DNA of 59,730 bases, the filler included, from Stramenopiles sp. TOSAG23-6 (lineage: Eukaryota), in assembly GCA_900128565.1 (NCBI GenBank). It is 12 parts of 12 records of this genome, joined end to end, with 100 filler letters (N's around TTAATTAATTAA, not from the genome) between each part and the next. Parts side by side here need not be neighbours in the genome. Positions count along the whole stretch, not along the records: positions 19,990 to 24,882 come from LT637023.1; positions 24,983 to 29,874 come from LT637024.1; positions 29,975 to 34,864 come from LT637025.1; 9 more parts are not named here. One strand, given 5' to 3'. The notes under the pieces are model-generated. The model worked only from the letters and a program-made list of their open reading frames with translations. It had not been told where the DNA came from and ran no database searches. The stretch's first letter is position 1. The number at the start of each line of letters is the position of its first letter. Below, piece by piece: positions 22,405-33,171 of this stretch. The translations under genes and the position numbers were made by a program.

Positions 22405-24586
22405 TCAAAGATCAATATTCTTCAAAGCAGCAACTTCTGCAGCTCTTTTTTTAGCCCGCTTGAGAGCACTCAACTTCTTCTTCTTTTTCTTTTTCCGTTT
22501 TGGTTGTCCGTTTGAAATGTTTTTTTTCAACAAATCCCAATTTGATTTCGGAATTCCGGATTTTTTTCTATTACTGCTATCCGTTTTATTTTTTTTCATT
22601 GTCGCAGACTTCTTGATTGGTGTACCACATGCAACACCCATAATATTATTCTCTATTCTTACTATACCATCTTGAAGTGTTGCCGGAGGTTCTACAGGAG
22701 GTGGTGAAGTTCTTTCAGGTAAGGGCCAACCAAATAATGGATATGCTAAAGCTTCTAGTTGCGACATTCGAACCCCTTTTTGTTTTTGAAATACATGTAG
22801 TAATGCAGATCTTGCTCGAGAATTCACTTTTAGCTCATCTGCAGTTGGGCGCGACACATCTTCCATTACATATCCCCATGTATTGTGAAAAACATGTCAA
22901 ATTTGAAATCTATTAGGTACAGAATTTAGTACGAAAAAAAACCATTAAAATGAATGATGAAAACGTACATGCTTTAGGTATCTTTCTGGACTGCATTATT
23001 TCTTTTGCTCCATTTGCTAATAAAAGAGTTTCACCTTGTAATTTTGGTACAAAATGTTTTTCAGGTGCTTTTAATTCACCAGTGTTGCTACTCACAGAAT
23101 CATCATTTTTAAAAGTGATACATTCTGGTAATAATGATTCATCATTATTTTTGAGAGCTTTCTGAGCTGATTGATACCAACTTAATAAAGGATTTTCCTG
23201 TCTTGCATTTTCTAACCAACGAAAGTAATCAACAACAATGTTACATTCAGAATGCTTCCATGTAATAATACCAACTTTCCCTCCTTCTCGCATTACTTTC
23301 AAAGCTGAAACCAAACCACGTTTTAGTTCATCAAACTCCCGATTAATATGAATTCGAAGAGCCTGGAAAGTCATTTTTGCGGAATGCATCGCTTGGTATT
23401 CTTTGCCTTTTGCTGCCACAACCAAAGCAGCAAATTCACGAGTACGTTTTGGAAGACCTCCTGGCCATAGGCCTTCACGTGCCATAAGGATAGCATCTGC
23501 AATACGTCTAGAGGCTTGAATATTTTCACCACCGTAATCCACAATGATTTGAATCAATTTTTCACGAGTGCAGGTTTGAAGCCAATCCCAAGCAGATAAG
23601 CCATGATCTTGATCGAAACGTAAATCTAGAGGACCATCCATCTCTGGTCGAAATCCTCTGCCACCATGTACTGTGAAAAAATATTTCTAAAAAATTCGTT
23701 AGGCATATAACTACTATAAAACTAAATAAATTTGAAATTAATGATGACAATGTACATCCAACTGAGGTGATGATATTCCGATATCAAGTAGAACTCCTGC
23801 AGGCTGAACACCAAGTGTGCCAAGTTCCTCAGCCATATCACCGAACCAACGTTGATGAATCGTAAAACGAGAATCTTCTTCCATAAGTTTTTTACCTACA
23901 GCAATGGCTTCATCATCAACGTCAAAAGCATGTAATCGACCTTTAGGTGAAAGCTTCTCCAAAATTGCTCGGCTATGTCCGCCTCTACCAAATGTACCAT
24001 CAACGTATATACCATCCGGATTATGAATTAGTCTTTTCAGAACTTCTGCTAGTAGGGCAGGTGTATGGGTACCTTCAGCCTGCATTGTACCTGTTGTAGT
24101 TGCACGTGTCACTGATATATTGCGATTTCCAAAGCGAGATAAATCTTTTGCTAGTGCCTTGCGCATACCTTCAGCAGTCTCGAATGTAACAAATCCACGA
24201 ATGACGTTTCCTGTTGTATTATTATACATTAAACGGACTTCTCCTGCAATTGGACCACACTTACTGAAGAACTCATATACTTCACCTTGGGTACACTTTG
24301 GAGGTAAGTACTTGATGTATATTTCTAAACCTGCATGAGTTTTTTCGGCGACAGATAATGGTACACTTTGAGCTGCACCACCACGAGTGACTTCACGAGT
24401 TGTCCAGTGACTTTTACTCTGTCTACTTGAAAAACTACCAGAAACTCCACCTCTACCACGACCACGTCCTCGACCTCTACCTCGTCCAGAACTTCGGCCT
24501 GATTTGCCACGACCCCATTTACTTTTCGATGCTCCAATCCATGCTTCAGATGCCTTACGCTTTACCCCTGCCACCGATGGCGACAT
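22405..24586 (-). CDS. rsmH: RsmH/METTL15-family rRNA m4C methyltransferase with N-terminal RG-rich tract and RRM (exons 24586-23756, 23665-22969, 22877-22405)
   Basis: HTPALL, DGTFGRGGHS, DIGISSPQLD/GGRGF, DGPLDLRF, TFQALRIHINRE, NSRARSA; RRM RGFVTF. Confidence 0.9.
22878..22968 (-). mobile_element. Family intron GT...AT, 91 nt, AT duplicated
   Basis: GCA T|GTACG ... CACAATACAT|GG GGA gives PKAWGYVM. Confidence 0.75.
23666..23755 (-). mobile_element. Family intron GT...AT, 90 nt, AT duplicated
   Basis: GAT|GTACA ... CCTAAC ... CACAGTACAT|GGT restores SSPQLDGGRGF. Confidence 0.8.
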
Positions 24587-24813
24587 ATTATATTCTCTAT
24601 AGAATTATATTTTCTATATAATAATAACGAAACTTGACTTGATGCTATTGTATACTACTACGATGATCGATGCGCTGACTCGGTGTTACCGGGTATCATG
24701 CATGTCATTTCGAAGGCCACGCGCTGTTCTTGTCATCAATTGGCCATTCGTTCTTTCTTTTACTTCTTTGGGTACCGTCAAAAAATTCTCTTTTTCCAAT
24801 GCATTCATATCCG

Positions 24814-24882
24814 ATGAAAGCAGTTTTTCTTTTTCTCCTTGCAGTTGCGAATGTCGCTGTCACTGAAGGAGTTTTATCCACT
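24814..24882 (+). CDS. 5' end of a gene for a probable secreted protein (truncated)
   Basis: MKAVFLFLLAVANVAVTEG signal-peptide-like, divergent from rsmH. Confidence 0.45.
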
Positions 24883-24982
24883 NNNNNNNNNNNNNNNNNN
24901 NNNNNNNNNNNNNNNNNNNNNNNNNNTTAATTAATTAANNNNNNNNNNNNNNNNNNNNNNNNNNNNNNNNNNNNNNNNNNNN

Positions 24983-25046
24983 AAAATCGTTAGGTACAAA
25001 ATTTCGTATGAAAAAAAATTAAATTAGAAATTCATATAAAACGTAC
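24983..25046 (-). mobile_element. 5' part of family intron
   Basis: AT|GTACGTTTT ... CATACGAAATTTTGTACCTAACG; cut by contig start. Confidence 0.7.
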
Positions 25047-25597
25047 ATTTTGAGTCGTTTCATATGAAATGTGAAATATCTACGAATTTGTTCTACATTC
25101 TTTCTTTTGGATAATGTGTTCGATGTCTCTATGCTATTATCATTTCTATTCATTTCGATTTCCTCAGCTTCAATCGCTTTTTTTAGTGAGGTATTAGCAA
25201 AGTGATGTAACTGTTCGTCTTCTACTTTTAGAATTTGAATATCATACTGCTTTTTCAGTAATTTTTGTCGCATTTTCAAATATGCGCTGCATGGAAGTCC
25301 AAATTTTGTGCGAATTTCTTCTGGGTACTTCAAAAGTCCTGCGCGTAAAAGAGCGTAACGTTTCTGCAAGTATTCGATTGGTTCAGGTAACACCACGCTG
25401 GGGTGATTTTTGTATTGCTCTTGAATGCAGTGAAGGAAAGCTTCATCTAGCCATTGTGCTTTTTGAAGCATAGAAGGTGGAGTAATATCACGCTTATACT
25501 TGCTCTCTGTATTACGTGATGAATCAAGAGAGCCCCGTTTGGCGCGCTGTTCCAACTCCTTCAAAGTATCTAGTCCTGGAACACTCATTAAATGCAC
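25047..25597 (-). CDS. First exon of a hypothetical protein
   Basis: About 180 codons open, ending at a family intron donor. Confidence 0.6.
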
Positions 25598-26161
25598 GAC
25601 GAAACGAATTCGCCAAAATTCAATGAATGATTATTATTTCTATCGTCACGTGATAAATATGATTCCTGTCTCTTATTATTTTGTCTATAACTTGTATGGT
25701 GCCCAATGATAATTCAAAACTGCATCGATACGAGTGAATGTATTTTGTTGATATCAATTATTGATATTTAATTTTTGTGATTTTCGAGATTCAAATAGAT
25801 CGAGATCATCATCGCGCGGTCATTCTGGAGATTCTTTTCGCACGAAAAATCGAAAAAAATAACTCGATTCATGATTTTTCCGTACTAAGTTTTTATAGTT
25901 AAAGTACTAGGCTAGGGTTAGGGTTTGGGTTTGGGAGTGGACTGTGGTTACAAAAACAAGTACAGTAGCTAATCACAAAACCAAGTAGCTAAATCTATCA
26001 ACTGTTCGCTTTTCTCTATTAAATCTGGGAGTTATTTGAAACATTCTATCCTGATTTTCAGTGTATTATTAGTTTAAATACTCTATAGACCTACTATACT
26101 TTTTGCTGAACGTTTTGTAGCTGTTTATCAATTGTTTTACATCAACAACAGTTTTGGAGTC

Positions 26162-27355
26162 ATGAGTAAAGCTAGAAAAGCTAAAGCAGGCACAGCTGTG
26201 AAGTCTCCGAAGTCTTTGAATGGTTCAAAGACGATGCCACCACCCCAAATAATTAAAATCACAGGAGTCTTGAACGTTATAACTGAACCTGAGACTACAT
26301 TCTTCAAAGATGAGGGGGGGAAGAATCATTGTATGACCTGTGTTGTCAAACTTAACAAGTTGAAAGTTGCCAATGCCGAAGAAGCCTCTTTCGAAAAATG
26401 GCTTCCCACACTTCCTCTGCGCGTGAGTTTGTACTATGAATCGGGATTGAAAGTGGAAGAGCGCGACCAAGAAATTCTCAAGATACTTGGTAGTGACTTT
26501 GAATGTCTTGCAATCTCCCCACAAGAACTTACATGTTCTATAAGATATAGAATTGAAAAAGTATCCCGACGCAAAGATGGTCAACTTTTTAAAATATTTG
26601 TTCAAGCTGACCCTGATCAGTGTAGCCCTTTTGATGTAAGTGGTATTGCTGCTTGTTTTTCAGCTGCCGTTTGTGTACGATCTAAACGAAAAGCTAGCAA
26701 AGCGAGTCGCGCTCTAGCGGCCGCTCTAGCGAATAGTTTATCTGGAAATAGTCAGTCTTCGGTATCATCTGCAGATGGGAGAAGGAATAGTATAGGTAGT
26801 GATGATAGGCCAACTAAACGCGCACGGCGGTCATCTATAGGTAGAGGTGGTAATATGGTACCACTAGATTCACTCATTCTTCAACTGAATAAGAGGGTAT
26901 CCACCTTAAGTAGCAAAGTGGACGAAATGATGGACATTTTGAGAAACCAGCAAGTGTATATTAATTCTCTTGATGCTGCTGTACGTGGGGCGAGTCATAT
27001 GGGTCGTGTTTCAGGACATTTGTCCCGGCTAAACTCCACAGATTCTGAAAAATATAATTTAACATTCTCACCTATGAACCACTATAAAACTCCAGCCAAT
27101 ATGAATTCGCCTGCAAAACGTCCTTCGTCTTCCCCAAACGGTACCGGGAACACCAATATGAAAACATCCATAACTACTGGTGGCACGAATGCATTACGTA
27201 GAAGTATAAGTAATAATAGTCTTTCGGGGGGTGGAATACGCTCACAACCTTTGGCTTTAAAGAGACTAAGGTCGGGGGATATGCAATTTGATTTTGGTCG
27301 TCCAACGTTACCCCCTGGGTCTATTAATTTTGCTACAAAATCAGAAACATTTTAA
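26162..27355 (+). CDS. Hypothetical protein, possible beta-sandwich DNA-binding domain plus coiled coil
   Basis: Long ORF; YRIEKVSRRKDGQLFKIFV ... VCVRSKRK, then Ser-rich and heptad region; function inferred. Confidence 0.6.
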   Translation: MSKARKAKAGTAVKSPKSLNGSKTMPPPQIIKITGVLNVITEPETTFFKDEGGKNHCMTCVVKLNKLKVANAEEASFEKWLPTLPLRVSLYYESGLKVEERDQEILKILGSDFECLAISPQELTCSIRYRIEKVSRRKDGQLFKIFVQADPDQCSPFDVSGIAACFSAAVCVRSKRKASKASRALAAALANSLSGNSQSSVSSADGRRNSIGSDDRPTKRARRSSIGRGGNMVPLDSLILQLNKRVSTLSSKVDEMMDILRNQQVYINSLDAAVRGASHMGRVSGHLSRLNSTDSEKYNLTFSPMNHYKTPANMNSPAKRPSSSPNGTGNTNMKTSITTGGTNALRRSISNNSLSGGGIRSQPLALKRLRSGDMQFDFGRPTLPPGSINFATKSETF

Positions 27356-27713
27356 ATGGTGTTTTGGATATTTAGATATTTTTGAATATGGGCTATTATC
27401 GTTAGAATATCGAGTTTTAATACGATTGAGCCTATATGTGAGCTATTATATACTTTATTTAATATTTAATAACTTCATGAGCGAGGATTAGGGTTAGGGT
27501 ATCTGTCATAATTATGTAAGAAAAAATAATTTACTTCTAAAAGGATTTATATTTTTGAATTCTTTTACTTTGACATGTATTTATCAACTTGGACATGTAT
27601 TTGGGACATGTATTTATCAATTATTTAATAAATTCTCGCATTTTTTGGACATGTATTTATCAACTATTTAATAAATTCTCGCATTCATACAACTATTTAA
27701 TAAATTCTCGCAT

Positions 27714-29874
27714 TCATACACCTTGTAAATTGTTTTGCAACTGATTTAAACCAGGTACACTAATTGACGCATTCATAAACCTCGGAGGTCGTCCTTCAAC
27801 CAAGACTTGTACTATGATTGGGTAAACACGAGGTTGTAATGCTTCACTCTTTGTTTGAGTTATCGTAACAATATTATTGACTGGATGTTTTTGTGATGTT
27901 TCATTTATTGTTTGAGTTATCTGAACAACACCATTGACTGGATCTTTTTGAGCTGCTTTTTTATTATATTGCACTTGTTGATGATTTTGTTTGTAGTCAT
28001 TGTTGTTCTGTTTTTGTTTTAGTTGCTGCGGTTGATCATGTTGCCTTTGTTGTTGTTCCAGTTGTTGTAGTTGTTGCAGTTGTTGTTGCAGCTGTTTTTG
28101 TTGTTGTTGCAGTTGTTGTTCTTGTCGTTTTACTTTACGCGCTAAACAATATTGTTTATTTTGTTCTGTTCGTTTCTGTCTTAACTTCAAATCTGTTGTA
28201 CTTGATATTGAAGTAGAGGCATCTAAGGATTCATCCGTCGTTCCCACGGGATCTAAAAGGATGAGAAAATCAAAGCCGACTGGTTCTTTTTTTGTTTTTC
28301 GTCGAATTTTAACATTTATCGAATCATTATAATTTGAAAAGCGAAGAGGACATCCAAGTATTGTGGAAAAACATTTCAAATTAGAAATTCATTAGGTACA
28401 AAATTTTCTTAGTAAAAAAATAAATCTGAAATTTAATTGGAAAATTTTGGTAGAAAATTCATAAAAAGAAAAAATCACAAACTTAGTATCTTCAGATTTC
28501 GTGTAGAATACGTACAAGCTCCTTTGCCATTTGTTCTTGAACAACTCGAGAAATTCTTTTCGTACATGTTCGTGCTTTATACTTCATACGTAAAGCAAAG
28601 AATTTTACTGCAATGTTCCAAAGAGTATCATCAGATGTTAGTTTGCATGTGTTGTGAAAAAGTCAAATTTTGATATTCATTAGGTACGAAATTTCGTAGG
28701 AAAAAAAAATAAATTTGAAATTCATTATGAAAATATACATTCCGGCCATAAATTTAAGAAGACTTCGGGCGGTTTACCAATTTCATCATCTTCATCACTT
28801 GAAAATAATTTTACATTATTGGCAGTGCCAAGTATTGTGAAAAAATATTTCAACAAAAATCTAAAAAAAAATGTTAGGTACGAAATTTCGTATGAAAAAA
28901 AAATTAAATTAGAAATTCATATAAAACGTACAACGCCATGACTTGTTACTGTATCAGTATCAGCAACTAGAAGATGTTGACTTGATAAAATAAAGTTTCT
29001 TCGGAGCTCTTTAGGGTTAGGGTTTTCATTACTTGTAAATATATCGCGTTTTGCAGCTTTATCACTTGTTTTATTACTTGTTTTATTACTTGTAAATCTT
29101 GGAAGAATAACTAATATTTGCTGACTTATCCACTGTTTAAATTGTTCTAATGAATTTTTACTTAATTTCAACTTTGCTTCTAATAAAATGCGTACTTTTC
29201 TTGGCTACATTATATAGAAATATGTCACACAAAATAAGTAGTACGTATTAGGTATGGAATTTTCATCGTTTATAAAAATATCTAATTGATGAAACAAAAA
29301 AAAAACTTTTAGGTACAAAATTTTCTATGAAAAACAAAATTACATTTTTTTTTGTTAGGTACAAAATTAACTACAAAAAAAAAAAAAAACCTACAGTCAT
29401 TTTGTTCATATCTGCATTTCTAAGAATATTTGATATTTCATGAACAATTTGTTGAGCTGTGAAACCAAACGTAGAAAAATCAGGTCTATTTGTTGTGTCA
29501 ATTTCCATGCTAGGGTTAGGGTTTTCATCGATTTTTTGTTCATCACTATTTTCATTTGTTGTGTCAATTTCCATGCTAGGGTTAGGGTTTTCATCGATTT
29601 TTACATCATCACTTTCATTCGTTTTATCAACCTTTTTTGTAGGGTTAGGGAATTTTACATCATCATTTTCATTCGTTGTATCAATCTTTTTTGTAGGGGA
29701 CAAGATCGTGTTTTTTTTTGTACCAAATTCATTTGAAAAAATTATTTTACGATTGTTTTTGATCATGTGACCTTTCTTTTCTATTTCTAGTGTTTCATTT
29801 TGTTTTTGAGGTATTTCAACAACATTATTGATTAATTGTTTTTCTAGTGTTTCAGTTGTTTTTTGAGGTATCTC
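27714..29874 (-). CDS. Multi-exon protein with DEK-C-like domain and poly-Q tail (exons to 29395, 29204-28932, 28829-28739, 28646-28516, 28355-27714; 5' truncated)
   Basis: ISNILRNADMNKMT/PRKVRILLEAKL; one continuous frame after removing four introns. Confidence 0.65.
28356..28515 (-). mobile_element. Family intron GT...TT, 160 nt, TT duplicated
   Basis: CTT|GTACG ... TTTTGTACCTAAT ... CACAATACTT|GGA. Confidence 0.7.
28647..28738 (-). mobile_element. Family intron GT...AT, 92 nt, AT duplicated
   Basis: GAA T|GTATA ... CACAACACAT|GC AAA. Confidence 0.7.
28830..28931 (-). mobile_element. Family intron GT...TT, 102 nt, TT duplicated
   Basis: GTT|GTACG ... TTCGTACCTAAC ... CACAATACTT|GGC. Confidence 0.75.
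29205..29394 (-). mobile_element. GT-AG intron (190 nt) carrying three copies of the family core motif
   Basis: ACT|GTAGG ... 3x TACCTAA ... ATGTAG|CCA restores KMTPRKVR. Confidence 0.65.
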
Positions 29875-29974
29875 NNNNNNNNNNNNNNNNNNNNNNNNNN
29901 NNNNNNNNNNNNNNNNNNTTAATTAATTAANNNNNNNNNNNNNNNNNNNNNNNNNNNNNNNNNNNNNNNNNNNN

Positions 29975-30103
29975 TTTTTCTATGAAAATTTTGTATTTTC
30001 ATTAGGTACAAAATTTCGTACGAAAAAAAAAATTATTTTTTTTTTCTATGAAAATTTTGTATTTTCATTNGGNACAAAANTTNCGTACGAAAAAAAAACG
30101 TAC
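29975..30103 (-). mobile_element. 5' part of family intron with duplicated core
   Basis: TT|GTACG, then two CGTACGAAATTTTGTACCTAAT units; cut by contig start. Confidence 0.7.
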
Positions 30104-31607
30104 AATCCAACGAGGGTCGAGTTTTTCTTTATGTAATCGAATCATTGACGTATGATCATATGCTGTATTTCTCATATAATTATTTGATTCCAAATATTTA
30201 AACATTTTTTTTAATCCATCTGAAGATTTTGCCATTTCTACTATATTGTGAAAAATATTTTTTTTTTTTTTGAAAATTTTTGAAAATGTTTTATTTTTTT
30301 ATGTTAGGTACAAAATTTCGTACGAAAAAAAAAACAATTTGTAAAAAAAAAAAAAATGTACATGCACGAGTTAAAATTTGTGTTCGAGTGATTCGCATTT
30401 CGTGTCGTAATCGAACACTTGATCGACGACGGACATTTTGTCTAGGGTTAGGGTTTTTTGTAGGGTTAGGGTTTTGTGTCACATTTTGTATATTATTCAT
30501 ATTTGTATTGTTTTTGTTATTTACAATATTATTTTCAATAGTATTGTTATTTTTGTCGATTTCATTTTGTTTAGATGAAAACTCAAACAAATATTTTTGT
30601 TTTGGTATTGAGGACGTAAATGTTGGATTAGGGTTAGGGTTTTGTGTGAATGTTGAATACTCAACATCTTTAATGTTATCATCATCGTGATCATATATTT
30701 TGAAAAAATATTTCAAAAAAAAAAAAAAAAAAATTTTAGGTACAAAATTTCGTACGAAAACCAAAAAAAAAAAAAAAAAAAATGTTAGGTACAAAATTTC
30801 GTACGAAAACCAAAAAAAAAAAATTCTAAAAAAAAACATTAAAATAAAACGTACTCGTGCTAATCCAAAATCGCATATTTTTAGAGTACAATCTTCATTC
30901 AAAAGAATATTTGCTGGTTTTAAATCACGATGTATGCAACGTCTAGAATGAATGTATGATACTCCACAAAGTAATTGATAACAAAAGCTTTGTACGTGTG
31001 GTAGTGTGAGAAATTGAGGTGATAGAATTAGTTTGTACAAATCCGTATCCAAAAATTCAAAGACAATATACAAATCTTTAAACGTTTCTCTTTTGGGTGG
31101 AAGGATTATATCAACTAATTTACATACATGTTTGCTTCTCATTCGTCGGAGAATAAAAATTTCTCTATAGACACGTAACGCATCAAGTTGGTCTTGAACA
31201 ATATCTGGCATTCTTTTTATGGCTACACGAGCTCCCGTTTTTCGATCTACTGCTTCTCCTACCTCACCATAGGATCCCCGACCTAAGAGTTTAACAATAT
31301 TGTACCGACGTCCAACGATCCAGTGTGAGAACTCACTGACTGGTTGAAAAGGAATTGTATAAGAAGAACTCCCAGCAGAGCTTGGAGGGGAGTTTTCTAC
31401 ATGAGTCTTTTTTTGTTTTTTGTTGAAAACTTGTCTTGGTGATACAGAGTTTGCACTATCAGGACCGGACACATCCGTTAAAAGTGGCGTTTGCTTCTTA
31501 GATGACACCTTACGACGTTGCTGGGGTTGTATCGCATCATCTTCAGTCCAAGCTACGTTTTTACTGCGTTTCCTTCGTCTTGCTTTTACAACGGATGGTG
31601 CTGACAT
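30104..31607 (-). CDS. MAP kinase (CMGC), N-terminal part (exons 31607-30855, 30692-30362, 30240-30104; truncated)
   Basis: GRGSYGEV, VAIK, REIFILR, HRDLKPANILLNEDCTLKICDFGLAR. Confidence 0.9.
30241..30361 (-). mobile_element. Family intron GT...AG, 121 nt (AG in the family register)
   Basis: GCA T|GTACA ... CACAATATAG|TA GAA gives TRALEM. Confidence 0.75.
30693..30854 (-). mobile_element. Family intron GT...AT, 162 nt, two core copies, in frame
   Basis: CGA|GTACG ... AAAATATAT|GAT; would otherwise read as poly-Phe right after DFGLAR. Confidence 0.75.
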
Positions 31608-32104
31608 TACTACAATTGTTTATTGAGTTTTTGGATGAATGAGCGACGGGTTATTGTCTTGTGTAAGAGAGATATCAAAAGTGAATTGAATCGATGGATC
31701 AATAATAGTATTGGACTTTTTTCTAACGTCTTTGAATCAATATGAAGTGTAATCAAACACAATTACCAGTAGATATCAATAACAAGCAGTATAGTATGGA
31801 GATATATAATGGCAAGGTTAGGGTTGTGTGCGCAGGGGAAAGATCTCACCAAAGAAGAAGATCTCTCTCTCTCTCTCTCCAAAGTTGTCTCCGTTGGGTT
31901 CCTCCACAAAATCAATTTGCTACCCCTAACCCTAGCCTAGCACACGCACGTTGTAAGGGTACCCGGTATCCCACCATCCCGGTTCGAACTTCAAAGAGAG
32001 AAATTATTTTAGAATTTTTTTTTTTTGAATTTTTTTTTCCATTTTTCTACAACAACAAAAAACGGTCTCAAATTAGTTTTTAGTACACCAGTGTTACATA
32101 TAGA

Positions 32105-33054
32105 ATGTGTGGATATCGACATTTCCCCCTTTTACTTTGCTATGTTATTATACCTGGAATATATTGTATTAGTACACATTCAGTAAATGGTGTGTTGGAG
32201 GCATTTGATGGACAAAAAGTGACTCGCAAAAACTCGTTTGGTACACCAATGGTAAACGCAGGAGACACGAATAGTTCTTCAGATATATTGTCATCATGTG
32301 AAGAATCTCTGCCATGTCATACATGTATACAACGAAAAGGTTGTGGGATGTGTACGATACGTATACTAGTTGATGAAAATGTAAGGTTTATGACCAACGA
32401 AAAGTTTATACGCCATTCATTCTGTAGGAAACTTGAAACGGAAGAGGAAAAAAGGAATGAAAACAATTCGTTCAATTGCTTTTCATGGAACAATAATCAA
32501 TGTTATTGTATGAATGACTGTTCAGGACATGGAAAATGTATCAGTAGTAATACGTATATGAATCATGCTGAATGCAAGTGTGTTCAAGGTTTTAGTGGGA
32601 TTGATTGTAGGTATGTTTTTTTTTCAATTTGGATTTTTTTTTTTTTTTCAAAAAATTTCGTACCTAACAAATTGTACAAAAAAAATATGTTTCACCATGT
32701 ACTCTGAATTCTTTGAATTCTTTGGATTCTTTGAATTCTTTGAATTCTTTTGAAAGACATTCACATCAAAAATATAGTATTAAAAAATACAACTTCATAG
32801 AAAATATACCAGAAAGAAGAAGTAGTACACATTCAAGGAAAGTGTCTCTTCTTTTATCATTTGCGTTTATATGCTCCTTACTATTGGTTGGATCTGTCGT
32901 ATATGTCCAAGTTACTAATGGATCATGTGCCAAAGGCTCAAAAAGTTCAAAAAGTTCAAAAAGTTCGAAACAACAAAAGTTTGAGTCGAATGAGTATGTC
33001 AAATGTACAAGTCTAAGATCTCCAAATATGAATGATCCCACACATCAAATATAA
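32105..33054 (+). CDS. Single-pass membrane protein with PSI-like and EGF-like domains (exons 32105-32610, 32703-33054)
   Basis: Signal peptide, CHTCIQRKGCGMC, CMNDCSGHGKC...CKCVQGFSGIDC, TM helix in exon 2. Confidence 0.75.
32611..32702 (+). mobile_element. Family intron GT...AC, 92 nt
   Basis: AG|GTATG ... TTCGTACCTAAC ... TTTCACCATGTAC|T CTG restores CSLNSLNS. Confidence 0.65.
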
Positions 33055-33171
33055 TTAATATCAGATAATAAGTAAATAAATGTATTTATTGTATTACAAA
33101 TGAAAGTTGTACTCTACTGAGAACGTTTCAACTTGAATGAATTATTATGAATTATTATGAATTATTCTGAA

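Noticed and set aside
22405-24586. Pseudogenes, frameshifts or an alternative genetic code explaining split ORFs
   Set aside because: Every break coincides with a family insertion, exons are otherwise intact, and TAA, TAG and TGA all terminate genes.
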